Below are positions 27,494-35,887 of a DNA stretch of 64,000 nucleotides, one piece after another. The stretch is from a virus. The stretch spans positions 1-64,000 of the IMG/VR virus record IMGVR_UViG_3300008121_000001; one strand, given 5' to 3'. The translations under genes and the position numbers were made by a program. The notes below the pieces were generated by a model that had not been told where the DNA came from, searched no databases, and saw only the letters and a program-made list of their open reading frames with translations. Every line of letters begins with the position of its first letter. The first letter of the stretch is position 1.

Positions 27494-28432
27494 ATGTCTT
27501 ATTCGATTAAATTAGTCTCATCAGTTGCATCTCGTCAACAAAAGCCTCTCAAGTGCCTCATATCTGCCCCTACAGGCGGAGGAAAGACATTGGGCGCTTT
27601 ACTTATTGCTAAAGGCATTACTAATGGTGGTAAAGTCCTAGCACTCGACACTGAAAATCGTCGTATGGATTTGAAGGTGGGCGAACCTTTACTAGATGGT
27701 TGGCTTTGGGAACGAGTTCCTTTATCCCCTGATGAAGTGACATCGCACCATTACATTGCGATGATTGAAAAAGCTGTAGATGAAGGGTTTGAAGCCCTTA
27801 TTTTGGACTCTACTACCCATGAGTGGCAGTGGATTCTCGCTCAATGGGGCGCTCTTGGTGGTAAATGGGGTGTTCAGTGGGATAAAGCTTCTCGTCCTCA
27901 CTTCGACTTTGTGAAAGCAATTATCAAAGCGCCTATCCACATCATCTGCACAGCTAGGGCTAAGATGACTACCGAGCAGCAGACAAACGATGCTACGGGT
28001 AAAAAAGAAGTTGTGAAGCTCGGACTTTCCAATCAGCAAGAAGGAAACTTCGAGTATGACATGGACTTTCACTTCCGAATTAACGGCACAGACAACTATG
28101 CTGTCGCAGAAAAGCAGGAAGCTGGTCTTTTCGATGGGGCTTTTAAGATTTCCACTGAAACTGGCATTCGACTCAATTCTTTTCTGTCTCAAGGTGAAAC
28201 TCCTGCTGAAGCCAAGCGTCGCGAACATCGTTCAAGAATTAACGCTCTTCAAACTCAGTTAATCGGTTTAAACCTTTTAACTAAAGAGCAAGGTGAGAAA
28301 GACATGGCTGATGTGATGAGTAAGACACAAGATGAAGTAATTGCTTATGGCAAATCTCTCGCCACCAAAGTAAAACAAGCTTTGGCTGACGAAACCGCCA
28401 AAAGTGCATCTACTCCCGAAGTGGCTACTTAA
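27494..28432 (+). CDS. AAA_24 / Sak4-like ATPase (single-strand annealing recombinase)
   Basis: Walker A APTGGGKT, DTEN, LILDS.THEW, HIICTARAK, FEYD.D. Confidence 0.8.
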   Translation: MSYSIKLVSSVASRQQKPLKCLISAPTGGGKTLGALLIAKGITNGGKVLALDTENRRMDLKVGEPLLDGWLWERVPLSPDEVTSHHYIAMIEKAVDEGFEALILDSTTHEWQWILAQWGALGGKWGVQWDKASRPHFDFVKAIIKAPIHIICTARAKMTTEQQTNDATGKKEVVKLGLSNQQEGNFEYDMDFHFRINGTDNYAVAEKQEAGLFDGAFKISTETGIRLNSFLSQGETPAEAKRREHRSRINALQTQLIGLNLLTKEQGEKDMADVMSKTQDEVIAYGKSLATKVKQALADETAKSASTPEVAT

Positions 28433-28504
28433 TCAGTCTTCCGATAGATACTTCAGCTACGACTTTTCGATAAACTAATTACATTCAAACAAAAAACAAA
28501 ACAC

Positions 28505-28915
28505 ATGGCTTCTTTATTTTCTACATTCGGTTCTGGCGAAGTTAAAGAATTTGTTGGTTACGTCCGTACTTCTCGTCCCGCAAGAGGCGACGACTTCGCT
28601 GGTTACGCTGACCTCGGCGTTTCTGTTAATACTGCCGCAAAATCAGGAACTAACCAATATGCCCCAAGCGTTTTCCTCTCTGTCCATAGCGATGACGAAA
28701 GCATTGGTATTGGCGATAAGGTTCTGGTAAAGGGTTTGTTAAGAAGCCGCACTGATGAAAGCGGTGAAAAGACTTACTACTCGCTCGACCGCTACACTTT
28801 ATTCCCTGTTGTCGTGCTTGAAAAAGCTAAGGCGAAGGATGCTGAGGCTACCACGACCAAGACCGCAACTAAGTCTACTACTCCTCCATCAGAAGATGAC
28901 TCCGATGATTTCTAG
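28505..28915 (+). CDS. ssb: Single-stranded DNA-binding protein
   Basis: OB-fold-like GDKVLVKG.L; acidic C-terminal tail ending DDF; next to Sak4-like gene. Confidence 0.65.
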   Translation: MASLFSTFGSGEVKEFVGYVRTSRPARGDDFAGYADLGVSVNTAAKSGTNQYAPSVFLSVHSDDESIGIGDKVLVKGLLRSRTDESGEKTYYSLDRYTLFPVVVLEKAKAKDAEATTTKTATKSTTPPSEDDSDDF

Positions 28916-29163
28916 ATAATTCAATGTCGGTCGGCATTAAAAAACATTGCTCTTCTTATATTCTAGTAGTGTCTAGATATAGCACATCCGAGGTGAATCT
29001 ACTACTTGCTCACATAGCCTAAAACAAAGTACTTAACGACCTCTTCGAGAGCTACAACTATTTTTGAGGGAAGGACTGAGTTAATACTAGATAGAGATAG
29101 TTCGACATTTTACGAGGGGCGAGAACTTAATCTTCGCCCTTTAAATTTACTTATCAAAATAAA

Positions 29164-29475
29164 ATGACTTACGAAGAATATTTAAAAATTGAAACAGAAC
29201 TCGAAAATCAATTAAAGAAACTAAAAGCTGATTACCTTGAAGAGCATGGACTTGCAATAGGGACTCCAGTTATTTTTCTAGGCAAGAATGATGGTTGGAA
29301 ACATAGAGGTATCGGGGAACTGCACCATATATATCAAAGGCGAATAGGCTGGAAAGGTGAAGTAGAACACAATATCCTACCAGCCAAAAAAGACGGTACA
29401 CCATCTAAAAAAGGTGCATATATTTACTTTTGCGAGAAAAAAGATTTACAAGTTGTAACCAATGATGACCACTAG
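29164..29475 (+). CDS. Hypothetical protein
   Basis: KKDGTPSK motif common in phage proteins. Confidence 0.6.
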   Translation: MTYEEYLKIETELENQLKKLKADYLEEHGLAIGTPVIFLGKNDGWKHRGIGELHHIYQRRIGWKGEVEHNILPAKKDGTPSKKGAYIYFCEKKDLQVVTNDDH

Positions 29476-29698
29476 AGACTATGCCTTTTTAATTCTTGGT
29501 AGATGCCGCCCTTTCACTTTATTCACTGAACAAAATGACCATAGAAATAAATGTCTCCAATCTAGAGCCACTGAACGCTACTCACCTCCTCTCTTCTGCA
29601 TCCTATGACAGAATACAGACCTTAAAAGCGCTACTGAATAAATCAGAAAAAGAAGTTATCGAAATTGTAATAAAAGAAGGGTACAAGGCACTAATAAA

Positions 29699-30367
29699 AT
29701 GAAACTACTATTATCACTTCCTCTTTCTGACACAGCACAAAAGTATTACGGCTCAACTGCACCTACATACAATAAAGTTGGCGACGCTGGAATTGACCTG
29801 CCATTTATCGGTGATGTTAAGCCTTATGATGCTGAAGTTACTGAAACTATTGGTGTTATTAGCTTCGAGACTGTTTTCGCAATGTATGATAACGTTTACC
29901 CTGCAATTTTCGATACTTTTAACACTGTTTTGAAACAATCTGACATTGTAGATATCTTGACCCACTTTTTAACTAGAAAAGATAGAGTTTTTTGTGAGCT
30001 AACTCCTTCTCACTTCGATATCCGACCTCGCAGCAGCATTGGAAAATCACCATTCCGTCTTGCAAACTGTGTTGGTACAATCGACAAGACTTATCGTGGT
30101 ATTGAGATATTCTTTGATGAGGAAGGAGAGTATATTATTAGTGCAAAGGAAGATGCCCTTGGTTGCTACCTCGACTACCATCCTCAACTGGGCAAGCCTA
30201 GAGCAGACAAGCACGTAATCTATGCTGGCGACCGTTTACTTCAAGTGGTGTCTCCAAACTTAGATGACATACTTTGGGTGAGATTGGACTTTACAGAGGC
30301 GAATTGTTTGTTCTGGAGCGAAGTGATTGGTAATAAGAATAGAGGCGGCTTTGGTAGCACTAATTAG
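29699..30367 (+). CDS. dut: Trimeric dUTPase
   Basis: AGIDL, RSS, GTID..YRG, GDRLLQ, RGGFGST motifs. Confidence 0.88.
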   Translation: MKLLLSLPLSDTAQKYYGSTAPTYNKVGDAGIDLPFIGDVKPYDAEVTETIGVISFETVFAMYDNVYPAIFDTFNTVLKQSDIVDILTHFLTRKDRVFCELTPSHFDIRPRSSIGKSPFRLANCVGTIDKTYRGIEIFFDEEGEYIISAKEDALGCYLDYHPQLGKPRADKHVIYAGDRLLQVVSPNLDDILWVRLDFTEANCLFWSEVIGNKNRGGFGSTN

Positions 30368-30611
30368 CTATGAATTATCTTATTTACACTGATTTTGAAA
30401 ATTTATCGCGTTTGTACGTGGTTCCTGACGAGTGGCTTGCTCAAGTTGAAGAAATAGACGGTAAAATTTGCGGTTCTGACAATCTTTCTGGAGAGCAAAT
30501 AAATACGTTTACTTGTATTTCAGAAAAAATTTATTACAAAGAATGGTTACCTATCTCTAGCTCTGAATGTGTAGCTGCTGAACGTATTTTCACTGCTGGT
30601 TGGGTTCCTTA

Positions 30612-31535
30612 ATGGCTAAGAAACTGTTTGAATATGAACCTTTTATCAAATATAAAGGGGAAGTGACAGAAGAAAATGGTAAGCGTCAGTATGAGTCTGT
30701 GTGCGGATTGAAAGCGGCTTCGACTACAACAGTCCTCTCAGCTTACGAGGATAAAGACTTTCTAGAAGTTTGGAGACAGAAGAAAATAGCAGAAGGTGAA
30801 GACCCCGATGCCATCTCTGAAGAATCAGCGCGAGTGGGAAGTCGCTCTCATGAGTACATCGAATCCTATTTAATCGATGGAGTATATCCGCTAGGAAGCC
30901 TTGTCGAACAAAAATTAGCCTGTGTCGCCATTGATAATTTCTACAGTCACGTATGCCCCGAAAATGCCCATTGCGAGCAGCCATTGTTCTACGATGCCAG
31001 ACTACAAAAAAATCCAGAATCTTTCGCGTTAGCTGGAAGATACGATAATCTCGTGAAAATTCCCGACAATACGTTCAAAATTGTAAAAACAGGGGAAATA
31101 CTACCAGAAAAATTTGTTATATGCGATTTAAAAACGAAAAGAAGCTATGACAAACTTAAAAAAGGTGGTATTAAACTGAAAAGCTTGCCGAGAATGGATA
31201 GTTGCGATTTCATGTTTAAGAATTGTCTTCAAGCATCCTTCTACGCTGCTGCGCTTACTTTGGGTACAGATTTCAAGGAAAAGTACGGTGCTGGAATAAC
31301 TGGGGCAATTCTCGTATATGTGAATGAAGAACGAAGTAGGCTGGCGTACATCTCACATTCGGATTTGAATTATTACTGGAAGATTTTCAAGGATATTTTG
31401 CGAGATTTCTACGGTATTAAGCCATTGGAAAAATCGTGGAAGACGATGATAGCGGAAAGTAACTGGCGACCAGATTATGTGAATGGTGGATATACGAATA
31501 ACATTCCGAAGGAGATAGAATTAGTTTCTAAATAA
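30612..31535 (+). CDS. PD-(D/E)XK (Cas4-like) exonuclease
   Basis: STTTVL, G...HEYIE, AGRYD, DLKT, Q...YA. Confidence 0.8.
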   Translation: MAKKLFEYEPFIKYKGEVTEENGKRQYESVCGLKAASTTTVLSAYEDKDFLEVWRQKKIAEGEDPDAISEESARVGSRSHEYIESYLIDGVYPLGSLVEQKLACVAIDNFYSHVCPENAHCEQPLFYDARLQKNPESFALAGRYDNLVKIPDNTFKIVKTGEILPEKFVICDLKTKRSYDKLKKGGIKLKSLPRMDSCDFMFKNCLQASFYAAALTLGTDFKEKYGAGITGAILVYVNEERSRLAYISHSDLNYYWKIFKDILRDFYGIKPLEKSWKTMIAESNWRPDYVNGGYTNNIPKEIELVSK

Positions 31536-31539
31536 GTGT

Positions 31540-32358
31540 ATGGCTAATAGGAGATTAACAACACAAGAATTTATTACCAGAGCGAAAGAAGTTCATGGAG
31601 ATACATACGATTACTCAGATTGTGAATACATACATTCAAAAATTAAAGTTAGTATAAATTGCCGTCTTCACGGAACATTCATTCAAGAGCCTCTCTCTCA
31701 TATAAAAGGGTATGGATGTAAAAAATGTGGCACTCTGTCTCAAGCTAGTCGCAACAGAAAAAACCCAGAAGATTTTATAAAAGAAGCGTCTATCATTCAT
31801 AATAATTTTTACGACTATAGCCCAACTAATTATATTGATTTCAGAACTAAAGTAACAATAAGATGTAAGGTTCACAACGACTTTGAACAATTCCCTCCAG
31901 TACATTTAAGGGGAGGAGGTTGCCCTTTATGTGCAGCTAAGAAAAGTGCGGAGTACAATTCACTACATTGTGTAGGTTGGTCAGCGTCAAGCTGGCAAAA
32001 GAGTGCAGAAGTATCTAAAGAGTTCGATAGTTTTAAGGTCTATATTTTAAAATTAACCAACGAAGATGAATCCTTATATAAACTTGGCAGGACGCATAGA
32101 AAAGCTGAAGCACGAACTAAAACCATTCCTTATGTTTGTGAAATTATAGATACTATTTGTAGTAACGACTCAAGACTTATTTTTGACTTAGAAAACGAAC
32201 TCAAACGTAAATATAAGTACTATAAATATCTGCCTAAAGTACCATTTAAAGGGATGCACGAATGTTTTAAAATATCGTTACCCATTGAAGACTTGCAAAA
32301 ACACTTCCGTATTTTAAGAGAATCTGATGACTTTTTCAATTCTGAATTACTTAAATAA
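31540..32358 (+). CDS. Free-standing homing endonuclease (Zn-finger repeats plus GIY-YIG-like C-terminal domain)
   Basis: Two C..HG.F.Q....H..G.GC..C repeats; VYIL...YKLG.T...E...GMHECF. Confidence 0.75.
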   Translation: MANRRLTTQEFITRAKEVHGDTYDYSDCEYIHSKIKVSINCRLHGTFIQEPLSHIKGYGCKKCGTLSQASRNRKNPEDFIKEASIIHNNFYDYSPTNYIDFRTKVTIRCKVHNDFEQFPPVHLRGGGCPLCAAKKSAEYNSLHCVGWSASSWQKSAEVSKEFDSFKVYILKLTNEDESLYKLGRTHRKAEARTKTIPYVCEIIDTICSNDSRLIFDLENELKRKYKYYKYLPKVPFKGMHECFKISLPIEDLQKHFRILRESDDFFNSELLK

Positions 32359-33235
32359 GTTAGAAGAAGTTGAACAACATAATACGTGGATAAAGGCTCA
32401 ATGCCCTGTATGTGGTGGAACTCTTAAAATTGTGAGCGCTGGCAAAAAATCAGGTGCTTTTGCGTGTTATTCTGGTAACTCTTGCGAGAAGCTTCGCCCA
32501 AACCCAATTGTAAAGGAACTTACTAAGGGGGAGTTTAAACCTCGAAAAAGTAACTACTCCTCTAGGATGGTGCGAATCAACCCCACAATTGATATAGCTA
32601 CCCCACTGCCTTTGAATTTAAACGAAATCGATGTTACACAGTTCTACACAAATTTACCTTACGAAAAACCTTGGAGCAGTAAAAATGAACTTGGAGACAA
32701 GATTACAATTTACGACTATCTGGAGTTCCAACTCGTCCGAATCGACCCACACAACAAGAAGAAATTTTTTTATTTCAGGGTAAAAGATGCTAATAATAAT
32801 TGGGCTAATGAAGTCCCTACAAACTTCAAAAACATTCCAGTTTATACATCTAAATACATCTCGAAGTGTGTTATTTTCACTGAGGGTGAAAAAGTTGCCG
32901 ACTGCCTACAATCTTTGGGGTTATTTGCGCTAAGTTTTCCGAGTTTTGTTTACCAACAAAGTTATCTTGCTAAATTCTTACGTTGCCTCTCATTTCGTAT
33001 TGAGAATATTATTTATCTTTCTGATAATGATGAGACTGGTCAGATAAAAGCACAGAAATTCTTACAGGAAGCTTGGAAATCAAAAATCAATGCTTCTAGT
33101 TACAATATTGCGGAGTTACTTGGCAAGGCAGAAGAGAAGAATTACGACTGTGCTGATGCAGTTGAGAATTGGGAAATTGTTACAAGAGAAGAGCTACTAG
33201 GAATTTTAAAACAATGCAGTACGACCCCATATTGA
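32327..33235 (+). CDS. DNA primase (Zn finger plus TOPRIM)
   Basis: CPVC...C; FTEGEKVAD; DNDETG; DCAD. Confidence 0.8.
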   Translation: MTFSILNYLNKLEEVEQHNTWIKAQCPVCGGTLKIVSAGKKSGAFACYSGNSCEKLRPNPIVKELTKGEFKPRKSNYSSRMVRINPTIDIATPLPLNLNEIDVTQFYTNLPYEKPWSSKNELGDKITIYDYLEFQLVRIDPHNKKKFFYFRVKDANNNWANEVPTNFKNIPVYTSKYISKCVIFTEGEKVADCLQSLGLFALSFPSFVYQQSYLAKFLRCLSFRIENIIYLSDNDETGQIKAQKFLQEAWKSKINASSYNIAELLGKAEEKNYDCADAVENWEIVTREELLGILKQCSTTPY

Positions 33236-34884
33236 GTTTAGAGAAAATTGTATTTGATACAAGCAAGCGCAACGATTTGTATGAAGCCTATCATCAAGAT
33301 TTGAAAGATTTCATTGATTCCATTGGCAACTCTGAAGTATCGGCAGAAATTCGTCGTTTAGAGAAGCGTTACTTACTCTCAAAACTAGAGCAGAAGTGGT
33401 ATCCGTTGCTAAGTTTTGACTCTTCTACAATCAAGAATGACATTGCAGAATTGCAGACACCTAAGAAGGAGTTCAAGCAATCGTTCAACCTCGAAGAAGT
33501 CCTATCTTCTTACAATCCATCGAGCAACTGGATTATCCCTCAATTACTGCGTTCTGCGGGTCTATTTGTTCTTGCGGGTGAGCCTAAAATTGGCAAATCT
33601 ATTATCGGCTATCACCTAGCATACGCTGTTGCTATCTCTGGAAGGTTCCTTGGAAAACCTGTTAAAAAAGGTCGTGTTTTGTATCTTCAACTTGAAGAAG
33701 ATATGTCCACAATTTCCGAGAGGTTTCATTTCGTCGGGTTTGGAAACAAGCGAAATACCGCCGTGAACCTCGCTATTGAGTTTGACCCTAGTGTAGTTAC
33801 AGTTGACCGCACTTTCGATGCTACAATTGACATTCCTCGCCTCTACCAGCGTATTGCCGAGCTTAACCCCTCTTTAGTAATCATCGATTCCCTTCGCGCC
33901 GCCACAATCAATTCTTTGACAGCAGAGACAGATTCTCAATTTGGCAAGTTGGTTGCATCTATTCAGCAAGTATTTAACCAGACAGATACTTGTGGAGTAC
34001 TTATCCACCACATGAATAAAGAGGCTAACAAAGGCAAAAACAAGCGTAGTGGAAGCATTGTCAATGCAGTATCAGGCAGTACTTCAATTGTATCTAATTC
34101 ATCGGGTGTGATAGCTCTATATGCTGCTGACGAAGAAGAATACGGTAAGGGAAAGGGGAAAGTACTCATGAGAACTCTGCCTCGTAATGGGCTTCCAATC
34201 ACTTTGGAGTATAGTCAGAACACAACAGATTCTGGGTTGTGGGAATTATGCCTTGAAAGTGAAGAAGATGTCTCTCAAGACAGTCTAACTTCTAAGGTAC
34301 TCAGGTTCCTTGCTAATCACCCTAGCAAATATTTCCCCTTATTAGAAATCATCGAGAACATTAAGTCGGGCGACACTTTTGAATTGCGCCAATCTGTAAA
34401 CTATTTGGCTACAAGTCAGACAATTATTTGCAAACATTCTGGCGAAGTGACTGAATATTGTTTACCAGAGGAGTCTTTGTGGATTATTGACCCTGAAAAG
34501 AATACTGGAGGTGTAAAGCCTGATATCGTTGACGCAAATATACTCTCCCGTTGCAAAACAAAGACTGAGTTGTACGAGAAAACGAAAGATTGGACTCCCT
34601 ATCAGCGCAAATCTGCTTTGAAACTGTTAGATGTTAATGAAAAGGCAAGACTAGACGACCTCAGACTCTCTTTTCTGTACTCCGTAGGGGATTCGGTATC
34701 TCATTCAGGTGAAATCTTCAAGGTTGTGTCTCGTAGCGATAAAGCTACTCTTCGTGATACAGAATATGAGGTTGAAGACTCTAATAATCAGAGGTATACC
34801 TTAAGTGAGATGCTAATTGATGGTATTGCTGATAATGTAGTGAGCGTTGAAAGTTCTGTCGAGGGAATTGAGGATGAGTTTTAA
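33214..34884 (+). CDS. AAA_25 / RepA-type replicative helicase
   Basis: GEPKIGKS, VLYLQLEED, LVIIDSL, LIHHMNK, SGSTSI. Confidence 0.8.
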   Translation: MQYDPILSLEKIVFDTSKRNDLYEAYHQDLKDFIDSIGNSEVSAEIRRLEKRYLLSKLEQKWYPLLSFDSSTIKNDIAELQTPKKEFKQSFNLEEVLSSYNPSSNWIIPQLLRSAGLFVLAGEPKIGKSIIGYHLAYAVAISGRFLGKPVKKGRVLYLQLEEDMSTISERFHFVGFGNKRNTAVNLAIEFDPSVVTVDRTFDATIDIPRLYQRIAELNPSLVIIDSLRAATINSLTAETDSQFGKLVASIQQVFNQTDTCGVLIHHMNKEANKGKNKRSGSIVNAVSGSTSIVSNSSGVIALYAADEEEYGKGKGKVLMRTLPRNGLPITLEYSQNTTDSGLWELCLESEEDVSQDSLTSKVLRFLANHPSKYFPLLEIIENIKSGDTFELRQSVNYLATSQTIICKHSGEVTEYCLPEESLWIIDPEKNTGGVKPDIVDANILSRCKTKTELYEKTKDWTPYQRKSALKLLDVNEKARLDDLRLSFLYSVGDSVSHSGEIFKVVSRSDKATLRDTEYEVEDSNNQRYTLSEMLIDGIADNVVSVESSVEGIEDEF

Positions 34885-35233
34885 AGATGGTAAAAGCTTC
34901 ATTATCACAGTTAACGTAGATGGGGAAGAGAAAACCTTATACAGAGAAGCTGAAAATGAAGAAACTGTAACTAAGAATGTTTTAGATGAACTCACTTTAG
35001 GTGCTGTAGATTATCCAGAATCAGTATCTATACTTTCAGTTGAGGAGTTGTAATGAAGAGACTATTTCTGCGGTACTATTTGCAAACTACAGCAGTCTTA
35101 TTTGGTGCAAGTCTATCTGCACTAATACTTACTGCCATCTACCCTAAAGATGCAAAAGGTTACTTGACTCAGTTTGCTGTGTTTTTTGGTTCTAGTATAG
35201 GTATCGTTGTTATCGGTGAGAAGGTAAGGAAAA

Positions 35234-35887
35234 ATGTCTAGGAAAATTATCTGTTGCTGCGGTTCAATAAACTCTGGTAAAGACTTCATAATGAATCGCT
35301 TGCAGTCTCGATTGATATATCAGCACCGCTACACTATGTCTACGGTGCGTTGCCGCTTCGCAGACTCGTTAAATGAAGCTGTAACACCTATTCTTGGCAT
35401 CAGTGGCAAGGAACTGCAAGACCGCAGTTTGAAAGAAGAGAAGCGTTTTGTATTTGGCTATAATCGCTCTGGCATCGAGTCTAAGTGGTCTTCGAGAGAT
35501 GTGCAGAAAAGAGTAGGGCAATTGCTCCGCGAAGAACTTGGCGAAGATGTTTTTATTAATGCTCTTGACAGAAGATACAATTCTTCTGAAAGTATTTTAC
35601 TCATTTCAGATTTACGTTATCAAAATGAGCTAGATTGGGTACGTTCTCAGGGTGGAAAAGTTGTGTATATTCACAATGAAAAAGCCGCTGTTTTACAGTG
35701 TCATCGTGAGTCTGCACAATTTGGAGAAAATTATGAGCATCACCCGCCAGAGAGTGAGTTGTTGCAGTGGGATTTCTACAATAAGGTAGCGACACCTGAC
35801 TACTGGCTTGATAATAATGATTTTGATAATCATTCTCATTTTGATGATTTTGTAGAGTTTGTTTTGGATTATTTGGAGCAAGATTAA
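35234..35887 (+). CDS. Deoxynucleoside monophosphate kinase
   Basis: GSINSGKD, FADSL, ISDLRYQNE, ESE. Confidence 0.8.
   Translation: MSRKIICCCGSINSGKDFIMNRLQSRLIYQHRYTMSTVRCRFADSLNEAVTPILGISGKELQDRSLKEEKRFVFGYNRSGIESKWSSRDVQKRVGQLLREELGEDVFINALDRRYNSSESILLISDLRYQNELDWVRSQGGKVVYIHNEKAAVLQCHRESAQFGENYEHHPPESELLQWDFYNKVATPDYWLDNNDFDNHSHFDDFVEFVLDYLEQD

Noticed and set aside
5651-29095. Additional GATAGA hexamers at 5651 and 29090 as promoters
   Set aside because: No TAnnnT hexamer at the 22-23 nt spacing.
30612-31535. Cas4 as part of a CRISPR-Cas system
   Set aside because: No other cas genes or array; context (Sak4-like, SSB, primase) indicates a recombination exonuclease.
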